The notes beneath the pieces are model-generated. The model was not told the origin of the DNA, ran no database searches, and saw only the letters and a list, made by a program, of their open reading frames with translations. Positions 16,872 to 25,128 of a stretch of DNA of 64,000 nucleotides are shown here, one piece after another; the stretch's first letter is position 1; each line of letters begins with the position of its first letter. Made by a program: the position numbers and the translations under genes. Location of the stretch: positions 16,781-80,780 of the IMG/VR virus record IMGVR_UViG_3300033120_000231; one strand, 5' to 3'. The stretch is from a virus (taxonomy: Duplodnaviria > Caudoviricetes).

Positions 16872-17327
16872 CTAATCAAAGTCTCGGTTATAGAATCCTT
16901 CAGCAAACACTGAAGTGCTTTCATCTATTTTCATCCCAAGTGCTTTCAAAATCTTCCCTTTAACTAATGTGTTAGGAAGCCTGACACGCTCTGGTGGATT
17001 GAATCCTAACATAACCCCCACTTCAGCAACAGCACCACTACGACAAAGCCCAGCAAAACAGTGCACGATTACATTCATGTGTTGTTCTTTTGCACGAAGC
17101 AGCGCACTTGCGATCTCTTTTGCTTGTTCTTCTGTACAACTTGTGGGGCCTTCATCTTCAATGTCATCAAACTTGAACTGAAGTATTTCCTTGAAAGTGT
17201 ACTTAGGAGTAGGAAAAGTATCAAAGAAATCCACAATCTGAATAAGCATTGAATTTTCTCCTGCATCCGCATGGAAACCTATAGAAATATCAAAACGACT
17301 GACGTTCTCAATAAAATTATTCACCAT
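16872..17327 (-). CDS. Cys-based (dual-specificity/tyrosine) phosphatase
   Basis: FKFDDI acid loop and VIVHCFAGLCRSGAVA (HCX5R). Confidence 0.85.
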   Translation of the reverse strand: MVNNFIENVSRFDISIGFHADAGENSMLIQIVDFFDTFPTPKYTFKEILQFKFDDIEDEGPTSCTEEQAKEIASALLRAKEQHMNVIVHCFAGLCRSGAVAEVGVMLGFNPPERVRLPNTLVKGKILKALGMKIDESTSVFAEGFYNRDFD

Positions 17328-17333
17328 AACTCC

Positions 17334-17573
17334 TTAAAACAAAGCTTTGTATTTTTCATTGTTCATCAAATCCTGCAACTCTTCCGTACAAAGCGGCACC
17401 AACGGTGTTGCTGCCTTGTTAGCAGCTTTCGTCAGTATAGCACTAGCTTGGTTAGCTAACTTTTGTTCATCAGGTGTAGGGCGACGACTTCTGTCGAAGC
17501 CGTCTGTCATTCTAACAAAAGGATTATGCTTTGCAAGAGTGCGTGAAGCGTCTAGGGCTTGTTGAAGGTTCAT
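17334..17573 (-). CDS. hypothetical protein
   Basis: ORF in operon context. Confidence 0.6.
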   Translation of the reverse strand: MNLQQALDASRTLAKHNPFVRMTDGFDRSRRPTPDEQKLANQASAILTKAANKAATPLVPLCTEELQDLMNNEKYKALF

Positions 17574-17744
17574 TTAAGTCTTTTCATTAAGAAGTTTCAG
17601 AATAAGTGTCTCTTTAAACTCTTCAAAGGATGGGGATAGATCACCCTCCTTAATGCACCAGTCCCCAAACCACCAACCGCAACCATCCCATTTAAGTTTG
17701 GTATGCATCTGGTGCAGCAACTTCTCAAAATCTTCTTTATCCAT
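17574..17744 (-). CDS. hypothetical protein
   Basis: MDKEDFEK...; first gene after the leftward promoter. Confidence 0.6.
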   Translation of the reverse strand: MDKEDFEKLLHQMHTKLKWDGCGWWFGDWCIKEGDLSPSFEEFKETLILKLLNEKT

Positions 17745-17771
17745 CTCGCTTCCTTGTGTGTTGAAAGTTGC

Positions 17772-17800
17772 AGTGTAACACACCTTTTTCCACTCGTCAA
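17772..17800 (-). promoter_or_regulatory. leftward sigma70 promoter
   Basis: TTGACG-17-TACACT. Confidence 0.75.
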
Positions 17801-17812
17801 TGAAAATTTCTC

Positions 17813-17841
17813 TTGCTTTCTGGTAATGTCCGTTGTATAAT
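17813..17841 (+). promoter_or_regulatory. rightward sigma70 promoter (back-to-back with the leftward one)
   Basis: TTGCTT-17-TATAAT. Confidence 0.7.
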
Positions 17842-17847
17842 AACGAC

Positions 17848-18120
17848 TATGTGCTGATTGTAGCACTAGTACTCCAGACTGACTAAGAGGTTACATCGCC
17901 TGCGTGGAAGAAAAGACTGCCGATCCCGAGGCATCATATCGGAACTAGACTCGTTTACGGTGCAATTCCGAGAGATTCTGGCGGTGCTGTTGATCCACGA
18001 CTGGGGGCAAGAATGATTTCTTGATAGTGGCTAAGTCTCACGACTGAGTGAAACGCTTTTGCAGATAACCTCCCTATCCTTCACACGTTCTGTGGGGTAG
18101 GGGGCTGCTGAGTGAAATTA
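17848..18120 (+). ncRNA. candidate structured RNA / long 5' leader of the HNH gene
   Basis: No ORF, GC-enriched, multiple stems, T-loop-like CGG-TGCAATT-CCG; folded by eye only. Confidence 0.45.
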
Positions 18121-18152
18121 TTATAAATATAAGTAATAAAGGGGAGAAGGGA

Positions 18153-18764
18153 TTGAAATATACAAATGAATTTATAGCGTCAAAAGAGTTCTTGAGTACT
18201 TACGAATGGAGAAAAGTAAGGATGGAGGCTCTAGTGAAACATGGCAACAAGTGCCAGTGCTGCAACAGAACCCCTGATGGTGAATATTACACTTGTGTTG
18301 ATCACATCAAGCCAAGGAAGACACACCCTCAATTTGCTCTGGATGTAGACAACTTACAAATCTTGTGCAATGAGTGCAATCACGGAAAAGGTAACTGGGA
18401 TAGCACAGACTGGAGAGATGGCAACGAACTTGTTTTTACTATAACAAAGAAGTGGATAGATGACAACAGAGCAAGTGGTAAGTCTTTCACTAAGGTTCAA
18501 GTAGAAGCACTGGGTCTAAAGTTTGGCTATCTTGACAAGGGTTGGGTGAAGTCGCTTGTAGGTAGAAAGATTACGTTAGAAACCAAGAGAACATTTGAAG
18601 AAGGTGCATCTATCACACAGCAGAGACAAGAGTTTGTAGGCCCAGTAAAGCCTAAGAAAAAGAAGTTAAAAATAAAGTTGAAATCAAAAACTGAACTGAG
18701 AATTCTTAGGTTAGAGGCAGAACTTAAGAAAGCAAAAGAAGTTGCAAATGCATTGAATAATTGA
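18153..18764 (+). CDS. HNH endonuclease (Zn-binding, McrA-like) with basic C-terminal extension
   Basis: CQCC...VDHIKP...NLQILCNECNHGK; TTG start behind a GGAG RBS. Confidence 0.85.
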   Translation: MKYTNEFIASKEFLSTYEWRKVRMEALVKHGNKCQCCNRTPDGEYYTCVDHIKPRKTHPQFALDVDNLQILCNECNHGKGNWDSTDWRDGNELVFTITKKWIDDNRASGKSFTKVQVEALGLKFGYLDKGWVKSLVGRKITLETKRTFEEGASITQQRQEFVGPVKPKKKKLKIKLKSKTELRILRLEAELKKAKEVANALNN

Positions 18765-18769
18765 AGTAC

Positions 18770-18807
18770 ACCTCCTGTGGCATCCAAGCTGTAGGAGGTT
18801 TTTCTTT
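18770..18807 (+). terminator. rho-independent terminator
   Basis: ACCTCCTGTGG...CTGTAGGAGGT followed by TTTTCTTT. Confidence 0.8.
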
Positions 18808-18874
18808 GTCTGAAAGAAGTAGCGTTGCTAAATAGCTACAACCATAAATATTTAGCGAAAGAGTGAAACAAGTG

Positions 18875-18902
18875 TTGACAAGGTGTTCCTATGTGATAAA
18901 GT
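18875..18902 (+). promoter_or_regulatory. sigma70 promoter with extended -10
   Basis: TTGACA-16-TAAAGT, TG one base upstream of the -10. Confidence 0.7.
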
Positions 18903-18934
18903 ACACATATCGCAAACAACTTAGGAGAAATCAA

Positions 18935-19177
18935 ATGAACAAACAAATCAGAGTAATCGCTGAACAAGCAGGTGATCATTACCGTACGACAAAACCTGGA
19001 GCGTCAACGTGGCCTCACCCTTGTGTTGGTGCTGCAGTCCCAAAAGAGTTTCTGGACAAGTTCTCAGAACTGATCATCAAGGAGTGTGCTAAGTTTGTAG
19101 CTTTCTCTATGGACTCACGCTTGACACCTAGTGAGATTAATCAAGCAATTCAGCAACACTTTGGAATTAAGGAGTAA
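18935..19177 (+). CDS. hypothetical protein
   Basis: AGGAG RBS, MNKQIRVIA... Confidence 0.7.
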   Translation: MNKQIRVIAEQAGDHYRTTKPGASTWPHPCVGAAVPKEFLDKFSELIIKECAKFVAFSMDSRLTPSEINQAIQQHFGIKE

Positions 19178-19181
19178 ACAA

Positions 19182-19385
19182 ATGAAAATCTACCTCAAGA
19201 AACAAAACGATCACGCAAGACCCTACTACCTCCAACGAGAAAACAACCTTGTGTGGAACTTGATGTGCGAAGAACCGCAAGACTTTGACTGGAAAGTTCG
19301 TGAACTAGATTAATTTGAAGTAAACTTTGTTGAGTCCGTCTTTCAGTACTTCGCTGAACCAATGAAGAAACTTACAGGAGAGTAA
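19182..19385 (+). pseudogene. small ORF interrupted by an in-frame TAA (19311-19313)
   Basis: MKIYLKK...RELD*FEVNFVESVFQYFAEPMKKLTGE*; second stop is coupled to the next RBS. Confidence 0.5.
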
Positions 19386-19388
19386 ACC

Positions 19389-19559
19389 ATGAAGATGAAA
19401 CTGTACTATGTCGTGAAATTTAATAAAGGGGCATTAGATAAAGAAGATGTTGGCTACGTTGCAGTGCCGTTTACTTTTGATAGTGCTTGTGAATATAGGC
19501 GTGAACTAGATCAACCTTGGAAATTTACTGTCGCTGAACAAGAAGTTGAAGTGAACTAA
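19389..19559 (+). CDS. 56-aa hypothetical protein (tandem paralog 1)
   Basis: MKMKLYYVV...; GGAG RBS. Confidence 0.65.
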   Translation: MKMKLYYVVKFNKGALDKEDVGYVAVPFTFDSACEYRRELDQPWKFTVAEQEVEVN

Positions 19560-19570
19560 AGGAGAGAATT

Positions 19571-19741
19571 ATGAAAATGAAGCAGTACTACACAGCAGAA
19601 CGTCTTTCCCTGCATGCGGAAGAGTGTGCCATGATTGCAGGGCCAATGACATACACAGAAGCTTATGCGTCTGTGAGAAATAACCCAGATTACCCAAGGT
19701 ACGTTTTCATCGTAAGCCGTCTTATTGAAGTAGAGGACTAA
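19571..19741 (+). CDS. 56-aa hypothetical protein (tandem paralog 2)
   Basis: MKMKQYYTA...; AAGGAG RBS. Confidence 0.65.
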   Translation: MKMKQYYTAERLSLHAEECAMIAGPMTYTEAYASVRNNPDYPRYVFIVSRLIEVED

Positions 19742-19742
19742 C

Positions 19743-19880
19743 ATGTACCACCTCCGAAAACACCGCAGTTTTTATTATGTGTACTTCGCTAATGTAAAAA
19801 TCTCCGAAGGATCATGGCAAGTACAAGCTGAAAGAGAACTTGTAAGGCAGATTGAATTGTGCTACAATTCAACCCTATAA
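19743..19880 (+). CDS. small hypothetical protein (45 aa)
   Basis: GAGG RBS, MYHLRKHRS... Confidence 0.55.
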   Translation: MYHLRKHRSFYYVYFANVKISEGSWQVQAERELVRQIELCYNSTL

Positions 19881-19904
19881 ATAATTTTTGAAAGGAACCC
19901 GAAA

Positions 19905-20075
19905 ATGCTACTCACTTTTTATATCTTCTCTTGCCTCTTTTTTGCATTTCTTTTTGTGAAATGGAGTGTAAACACAGGTATTAACGTCTTCTGCAAGATG
20001 TACTTGCTGCTCTTGATGGTGTATTTCGGGTACAATATCTTTACACATTCAATCTTCCAATCTTTTCTTAACTAA
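19905..20075 (+). CDS. small membrane protein (two hydrophobic segments)
   Basis: MLLTFYIFSCLFFAFLFVKW... Confidence 0.6.
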   Translation: MLLTFYIFSCLFFAFLFVKWSVNTGINVFCKMYLLLLMVYFGYNIFTHSIFQSFLN

Positions 20076-20087
20076 GGAGAAACCACT

Positions 20088-20399
20088 ATGACTATCGCAA
20101 CTGACCTGGGATTTAAGATTGGTGAACTGTATCGTGTTGTTGATGAAGGTAAATATTATGCTGTTGATATGATCGTAAGATTTGATGAAGATGACAACTC
20201 TTATTTTCCGTGGTTTACATATGTTTCTGGGCCAAAAGGAGATTGCACGGATAAAGTTGATGGGATTGCTATTAATTTGGAAGATATTGTTCCTGTAGAG
20301 CAACCCACCACACCATCCAACAAACCCCTTCTCCTCCTTTACATCCATCAACAGTACCCAGATGACAAGGTGTTGAAGGCTCTGGTAGAATCTATTTAA
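20088..20399 (+). CDS. hypothetical protein
   Basis: AAGGAG RBS; FKIGELYRV SH3-like start. Confidence 0.7.
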   Translation: MTIATDLGFKIGELYRVVDEGKYYAVDMIVRFDEDDNSYFPWFTYVSGPKGDCTDKVDGIAINLEDIVPVEQPTTPSNKPLLLLYIHQQYPDDKVLKALVESI

Positions 20400-20415
20400 G
20401 AAAGGTAAATCAATC

Positions 20416-20592
20416 ATGCTTTATGTTCTAATCCTCTTTGCTCATGTAGGCCTTATGGGCGATGGCAATTCAAATGCTTTTACCACTGCAGAGTTCTCTT
20501 CAGAAGCAACATGCAAGGTTGCAGGTGAGGCTGCTCGTAAGATGGCACAAGGTACAGTCAAAGAAATCAATTATATTTGTGCTAAGAAATAA
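20416..20592 (+). CDS. small hypothetical protein (58 aa)
   Basis: MLYVLILFAHVG...FSSEATC...C. Confidence 0.6.
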   Translation: MLYVLILFAHVGLMGDGNSNAFTTAEFSSEATCKVAGEAARKMAQGTVKEINYICAKK

Positions 20593-20602
20593 AGGAATCA
20601 AA

Positions 20603-20809
20603 ATGAAGAGATTAACCAAAGAACAAGCTATCATCATCTCAGGATACACAGGCTTCACCGCTTGTGACTTCGGGGACTTTCATGAAGCAGTTGAAAAGAA
20701 ACTTGGGCATCCTGTATGGACTCATCAATTTGGTGATGAAGCCTTTGCAGAGAAGGTAAATGATGCCTTCCGTGAAGATTTTCTGAGTATTTGTTACGGG
20801 AGGGATTGA
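20603..20809 (+). CDS. hypothetical protein
   Basis: MKRLTKEQAIIISGYTG...; AAGGA RBS. Confidence 0.7.
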   Translation: MKRLTKEQAIIISGYTGFTACDFGDFHEAVEKKLGHPVWTHQFGDEAFAEKVNDAFREDFLSICYGRD

Positions 20810-20829
20810 GATACCACCTAAAACCCACC

Positions 20830-20912
20830 AGAAAGCCCTACAATGCATCCAAAGCACAAAGCTAAGGGGTATGTAGCCGGAAGGTGCTATAGAGGCTTAT
20901 ACGAGGTTTAAA
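20830..20912. repeat. dyad intergenic element E2
   Basis: AGAAAGCCCTACA ... CTAAGGGGTATGTAGC ... TATAGAGGCTTA..GGTTTAAA. Confidence 0.5.
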
Positions 20913-20919
20913 CCAATTT

Positions 20920-21219
20920 ATGAAAGAAGGAAGACATATGCAAGATGTGTTTAAAATGATGCAGGCATTTACTAATAAATCTCTTGAACATAAAAAGTCC
21001 AGCAAATGGAAAGATTTATCTACAGCCCCAAAAGATAAAGGTATTCTACTTGCTATACCTTATGAGCGTAATTGCCTAGGTTATAACTATGTGGTAGCAC
21101 AGTGGTGTCAGATTTTTGAGTATGGATATTGGTCACTCTCAGGGGTTAATTGCCATGATATAGGAGATGATGCTGTAAGGGTTAATGAAAACACACTGTG
21201 GACTGATATTCCAGACTAA
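20920..21219 (+). CDS. hypothetical protein
   Basis: W..LSTAPKD..ILL motif. Confidence 0.65.
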   Translation: MKEGRHMQDVFKMMQAFTNKSLEHKKSSKWKDLSTAPKDKGILLAIPYERNCLGYNYVVAQWCQIFEYGYWSLSGVNCHDIGDDAVRVNENTLWTDIPD

Positions 21220-21237
21220 GGGGATTGAATTAAATCT

Positions 21238-21441
21238 ATGAAAGAAACTATCATCCCTTTGGACTTCCCCTTCAAAATAGGAGATAAAGTCCAGAGTAAA
21301 CTCAACCCTGATGAACAAGGAGAGGTCTACTGTATCTCTTACTCTACAAATTCTGTAAGAGTTTACTCAGATGTACCTTTTGGTAAGGCTGTTAAGTGTT
21401 ATAATGCAGATGAACTCAACTTAGTAAAGGAGATAAAATGA
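21238..21441 (+). CDS. small SH3-like hypothetical protein
   Basis: FKIGDKVQS. Confidence 0.65.
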   Translation: MKETIIPLDFPFKIGDKVQSKLNPDEQGEVYCISYSTNSVRVYSDVPFGKAVKCYNADELNLVKEIK

Positions 21442-21620
21442 AAAAGACCTACTCATTTGAAGATGGTAAATACCAAATTGACCGTGACACCGATACCTTG
21501 GAAATCACCGATGTCCGATGTAATAAGGTGCATTGGGAAATTGGCTATGAAGATTTCCAATTTAGCAAGTGCATTCATGCTATGCTTAATTACATTGATG
21601 AACTAGAAAGTAAACTATGA
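21438..21620 (+). CDS. hypothetical protein
   Basis: ATGA overlap, AAGGAG RBS. Confidence 0.65.
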   Translation: MKKTYSFEDGKYQIDRDTDTLEITDVRCNKVHWEIGYEDFQFSKCIHAMLNYIDELESKL

Positions 21621-21805
21621 AAAAGACCCTCAATAAAACCATTCGCATCTCTTTCCAAGAGAAAAACCAAAGTGGCTTTGTAAACAAATCGTTTGACACC
21701 TACAAAGAACATCTTGCATTTCATCTACAACAGATGAAGAAAAGTCCTGATGCAAGACGGCTAGGCATTCTGCCGTCGCCTTGTTATCAGGGGTGTTTCG
21801 TATAA
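21617..21805 (+). CDS. hypothetical protein
   Basis: ATGA overlap. Confidence 0.6.
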   Translation: MKKTLNKTIRISFQEKNQSGFVNKSFDTYKEHLAFHLQQMKKSPDARRLGILPSPCYQGCFV

Positions 21806-21824
21806 AAGTATTTAAGGAGTAACT

Positions 21825-22103
21825 TTGTCAAAAGAACATGAGAAAAACTACGAGGAGTCAACCTCGCCTGATGGCCTTCGGACAGCGGGGCTGTCCTCAG
21901 CGTTGAGGCCGACTCGTAATGTTGTACAATCGGCACGGCTACAATATGCTTGCGCCATTACACCACGAGACCCTGATCAGGACTTCTTTTATTATGTAAA
22001 TAAAGAAGATGAAAATGAAGCCTTTGAATCTTTGGGGTATAATCCAAGGTGTATGAATAGTACACAAGAAGATGATTTTCGGGTTAATAAATTTTGGCGA
22101 TGA
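21825..22103 (+). CDS. hypothetical protein (contains GC-rich repeat copy 1)
   Basis: TTG start behind AAGGAG. Confidence 0.5.
   Translation: MSKEHEKNYEESTSPDGLRTAGLSSALRPTRNVVQSARLQYACAITPRDPDQDFFYYVNKEDENEAFESLGYNPRCMNSTQEDDFRVNKFWR
21865..21903. repeat. 39-nt GC-rich hairpin element, copy 1
   Basis: 35/39 identical to 33828..33866. Confidence 0.85.
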
Positions 22104-22142
22104 GCTGTTTACAGCGAAGACCTATGGTAAATATTTAAAGGA

Positions 22143-22538
22143 GTGAACATGTTTAAACAAGTAACAATGATTGAAGTAGATGATTGTGATGATCTAGTCC
22201 GAAAGACTTACGGACGGACATACAGTCTCCAACAACAAGATGGTTGCAAGGAGAGAGGCCTTGAACAATTTACTGTACCAATACAATACCCTTTGGACTA
22301 CAAAAACGATACAATCCCCGAAGAAGTTAACGGAGAAGAAATGGGTGTAAGTTTCAAAGCTTGGATTGAACGTGATCCTAATCAGGCACTTGACTCAAAA
22401 GATTTGTGGGATCGTCTACATGGATTAGATATGTTCTGGGAACGTAACTTTTATCCAAGTGTAGAGATGGTTGCAAATGATCTTCACCGCCGTGGGTTGA
22501 TACCTGCTGGAGAGTACGTTATTAATATTGATTGGTAA
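22143..22538 (+). CDS. hypothetical protein
   Basis: ORF with AAGGAG; WERNFYP motif. Confidence 0.7.
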   Translation: MNMFKQVTMIEVDDCDDLVRKTYGRTYSLQQQDGCKERGLEQFTVPIQYPLDYKNDTIPEEVNGEEMGVSFKAWIERDPNQALDSKDLWDRLHGLDMFWERNFYPSVEMVANDLHRRGLIPAGEYVINIDW

Positions 22539-22551
22539 TAAGGAGCTAAAC

Positions 22552-22746
22552 ATGAAAAGCTACGAAGAACTCTACAACGCCCTTATAGATGAACTAAAAC
22601 ATACCCGTGAAGGTGCACAGGAAATCTATGATGACTATAAAGCAGCAGGTTTGACATTCAACACTATCGAGGCTGAAGGGTACGTTCGTGGTACGTTGGA
22701 GTGTTTCAACCTTGTTAAATACATTGAAGATATGTTTAAGGAGTAA
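22552..22746 (+). CDS. hypothetical protein
   Basis: AAGGAG RBS. Confidence 0.7.
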   Translation: MKSYEELYNALIDELKHTREGAQEIYDDYKAAGLTFNTIEAEGYVRGTLECFNLVKYIEDMFKE

Positions 22747-22748
22747 TT

Positions 22749-22960
22749 ATGCAAAAAGTAATCGAGGAACACGTTGTTGAAATACTTGAGTACGAAGTGG
22801 GATGGGCTCACGGATTGAGGAAGTAAAGTATTTTAAAAGCCTACAAGAGGCTAGAGATTTCTGCAAAGAGTTCAATAGCCGTAATACATCAGAAACCGTA
22901 CCAGATTGGTATATGGTTGCTAAATACACTGGTAAGAAGAACTTACCTCAATTTAACTAA
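22749..22960 (+). pseudogene. small conserved phage gene with a -1 frameshift at GGG (22804-22806)
   Basis: MQKVIEEHVVEILEYEVGW / GSRIEEVKYF...VPDWYMVA; one extra G gives a 70-aa ORF. Confidence 0.65.
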
Positions 22961-22970
22961 AGGAATAAAT

Positions 22971-23144
22971 ATGTTTTATAAAACAGATATTGAGATTGAC
23001 CTACTTTCGTTTGCTGAGCACATTGGAAATTGTGCTACAGACGATGAAATTTGTAGTTTTCTTTCTAGATTGCTGGAGGAAGTAGAAGATACCCCAATTA
23101 GTGATAAGATTCTTATGCTTGTTAAAGTTTTTCATGGAGAATAA
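22971..23144 (+). CDS. hypothetical protein
   Basis: AAGGA RBS. Confidence 0.6.
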   Translation: MFYKTDIEIDLLSFAEHIGNCATDDEICSFLSRLLEEVEDTPISDKILMLVKVFHGE

Positions 23145-23148
23145 ATAT

Positions 23149-23433
23149 ATGCAATTCACAAACGAACAAAGCGAAGTTCAAATCAACCCAGAAGACATCG
23201 CAGGGTATGTAATTCGACGTAGCCCTACTTCACGATTACTCTTTGATGTATTCGGTGTAGACTACAAGGATCAACTTCTCTTCTGTGCAGCCTGTGACAT
23301 GAATGCTGAAACAGCTATGTGCCTTGTTGATGCTTTTAACCGGGAGCATTATCCTTATGTACCTACCCCGACTGAGGCAACGTTTATTGAAGTTGGTGGA
23401 GTTGAGAAGGTATATAATATCACTGCAGTATAA
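23149..23433 (+). CDS. hypothetical protein
   Basis: GGAG RBS. Confidence 0.6.
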   Translation: MQFTNEQSEVQINPEDIAGYVIRRSPTSRLLFDVFGVDYKDQLLFCAACDMNAETAMCLVDAFNREHYPYVPTPTEATFIEVGGVEKVYNITAV

Positions 23434-23573
23434 TATGAAATCAAATGAAGTATTTTCTGGTTTTGTCCGTACCATAAGCCTTCTCGGTCATGGAAAGGAT
23501 AAACCTCTGCATAAAGAAAAGAGTAAAGACGTAAGGATTATTCTAAAGACCGTCAACGTAAAAGGAATTGTGA

Positions 23574-23993
23574 ATGACTAAACCACTCCCCGTAAAGATT
23601 TCAGACGTAGTCCAAGTTCTTCCAGGTTGCCCTTTCAAGTCCTTAGTGCACTCTAAGGGAATCGTCCGAGAGTCTTTAAGTTTCATGAGTTGTGTAGTAG
23701 AATTTCCTGTTGAACAGAGGATTAAGGACTTTGATACAGGTGAGACACTCCAAAGTAAATTCTGGTGCATTCACTGGAAATATCTTATGGTGGTCGAGAG
23801 TGCTTATGACGATGCTCTTGGAGTGATGGAACACCAGATACAAGACCTTGAAGAAAGATTGATGTTTGCTAGATCATGTCTGACAATCAGTGAAGAACTA
23901 AGGGAACAGCAAGTAGAATTGATTGCAAAGCTTGTAGAAGAGGTTGACATGTTGAATGCAAAGGTGTATCATGCAGGCAATGGTAACAACTAA
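23574..23993 (+). CDS. hypothetical protein (SH3-like N-terminus plus coiled coil)
   Basis: ORF with AAGGA RBS. Confidence 0.65.
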   Translation: MTKPLPVKISDVVQVLPGCPFKSLVHSKGIVRESLSFMSCVVEFPVEQRIKDFDTGETLQSKFWCIHWKYLMVVESAYDDALGVMEHQIQDLEERLMFARSCLTISEELREQQVELIAKLVEEVDMLNAKVYHAGNGNN

Positions 23994-24004
23994 AGGAGTA
24001 AATT

Positions 24005-24193
24005 ATGAATTTGATTGATTTTCATGTAACAGAAGTACTTTCAGAGCCTGTATTAGTTGAACGAGACTGGGGCTCATACTGGAAAGTCCTTGTGAAGTAT
24101 AATGACGATGGTGGAGAGACTGAAGAGTACTTGACGCAGCCAACTGAAGAATTGATTCGTGAGATTAAACCGGGTTATATTGGTCAACATTAA
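24005..24193 (+). CDS. hypothetical protein
   Basis: AAGGAG RBS. Confidence 0.7.
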   Translation: MNLIDFHVTEVLSEPVLVERDWGSYWKVLVKYNDDGGETEEYLTQPTEELIREIKPGYIGQH

Positions 24194-24207
24194 GAAAGGA
24201 AATTGAA

Positions 24208-24585
24208 ATGAATTATTGCAAAACAGAATCTGCAAATATGCAGGGTATGCTGGGGTGTGTTTTCTCTTCTGTGGAAAAGAAAGAGGGGAATGCTGGGGAT
24301 GAAATTCACTTCACCTGTGATACTGGTACATTCATAATGTATCATTTACAAGATTGTTGTGAGAACGTCTATGTAGAAGACATCGTAGGAGACTTAGATG
24401 ATCTTGTTGGTTCTCCTATCTTGTTAGCAGAAGAATCAAGTCAGATTGATCCAGATGCTTCAGAGTCAGGTACTTGGACATTTTACAAGTTAGCTACGAT
24501 TAAAGGGTATGTTGATATTCGTTGGTACGGAAGTTCTAATGGATACTATTCTGAAGGTGTAAGTCTTGGGTTTATCCCGAAATAA
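24208..24585 (+). CDS. conserved phage hypothetical protein
   Basis: [22 protein letters not shown]...[11 protein letters not shown] motif. Confidence 0.75.
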   Translation: MNYCKTESANMQGMLGCVFSSVEKKEGNAGDEIHFTCDTGTFIMYHLQDCCENVYVEDIVGDLDDLVGSPILLAEESSQIDPDASESGTWTFYKLATIKGYVDIRWYGSSNGYYSEGVSLGFIPK

Positions 24586-24597
24586 GAAAGGAAGTCT

Positions 24598-24873
24598 ATG
24601 AAAGTTTTAGCAAAGTTCTATTGGGATTGTGGTCGTAACGGTGATCTTGATGGTCTGTTTATTGCAGACAAAGAAGATATTGAATCTGCAGTTGGTAAAG
24701 ATGTTTACTTCGGAGAAGTTCTGGGGAAGCATTCTGAGATTTATGGAGTTATTGCTGTTGATGATATTACCATCGTATCTGAGGATCAAACAGTTGTTGA
24801 TGTTCTTTCATATATTTTTGAAGGTGGTGAAATAAGCGGATTCAACCCACTTGCTTACATCACAGAATCTTAA
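24598..24873 (+). CDS. conserved phage hypothetical protein
   Basis: FYWDCGRNGDLDGLF...YFGEVLGKHSEI. Confidence 0.75.
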   Translation: MKVLAKFYWDCGRNGDLDGLFIADKEDIESAVGKDVYFGEVLGKHSEIYGVIAVDDITIVSEDQTVVDVLSYIFEGGEISGFNPLAYITES

Positions 24874-24889
24874 TAATAAAGGAAGTCTT

Positions 24890-25126
24890 ATGAAAGAAAT
24901 CAATAAAGAAACCAAGAAACTTAATGCATTAGTTGCATTTGGTTGTCTAATCTATGCTGTTGATGAGGGAAGAGCTACCAAAAATCAGTTGAATAGTTTT
25001 AAAGCACTACTCCTTAGAATTGATGGTACTCCACTTGGAAAAGAAGATGGGGGAGAACAAGATCAGATCGGTATTCAACACGCAATCAAACTAATTGAAG
25101 AATACTTAGAGGAAGAAGGGGTTTAA
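24890..25126 (+). CDS. hypothetical protein
   Basis: AAGGA RBS. Confidence 0.6.
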   Translation: MKEINKETKKLNALVAFGCLIYAVDEGRATKNQLNSFKALLLRIDGTPLGKEDGGEQDQIGIQHAIKLIEEYLEEEGV

Positions 25127-25128
25127 AC

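Noticed and set aside
17597-17866. 89-aa minus-strand ORF crossing the divergent promoters
   Set aside because: It starts upstream of the leftward promoter, has no RBS and overlaps a better-supported ORF (17574..17744).
17958-17970. GGTGCAATTCC resembling the cobalamin riboswitch T-loop
   Set aside because: The AGGGAA, B12-box and GCCACTG elements are absent; kept only as a generic T-loop in the ncRNA finding.
18044-18054. CTGAGTGAAAC resembling a hammerhead ribozyme core
   Set aside because: No stem II between CUGANGA and GAAA, and no UH cleavage triplet in the required arrangement.
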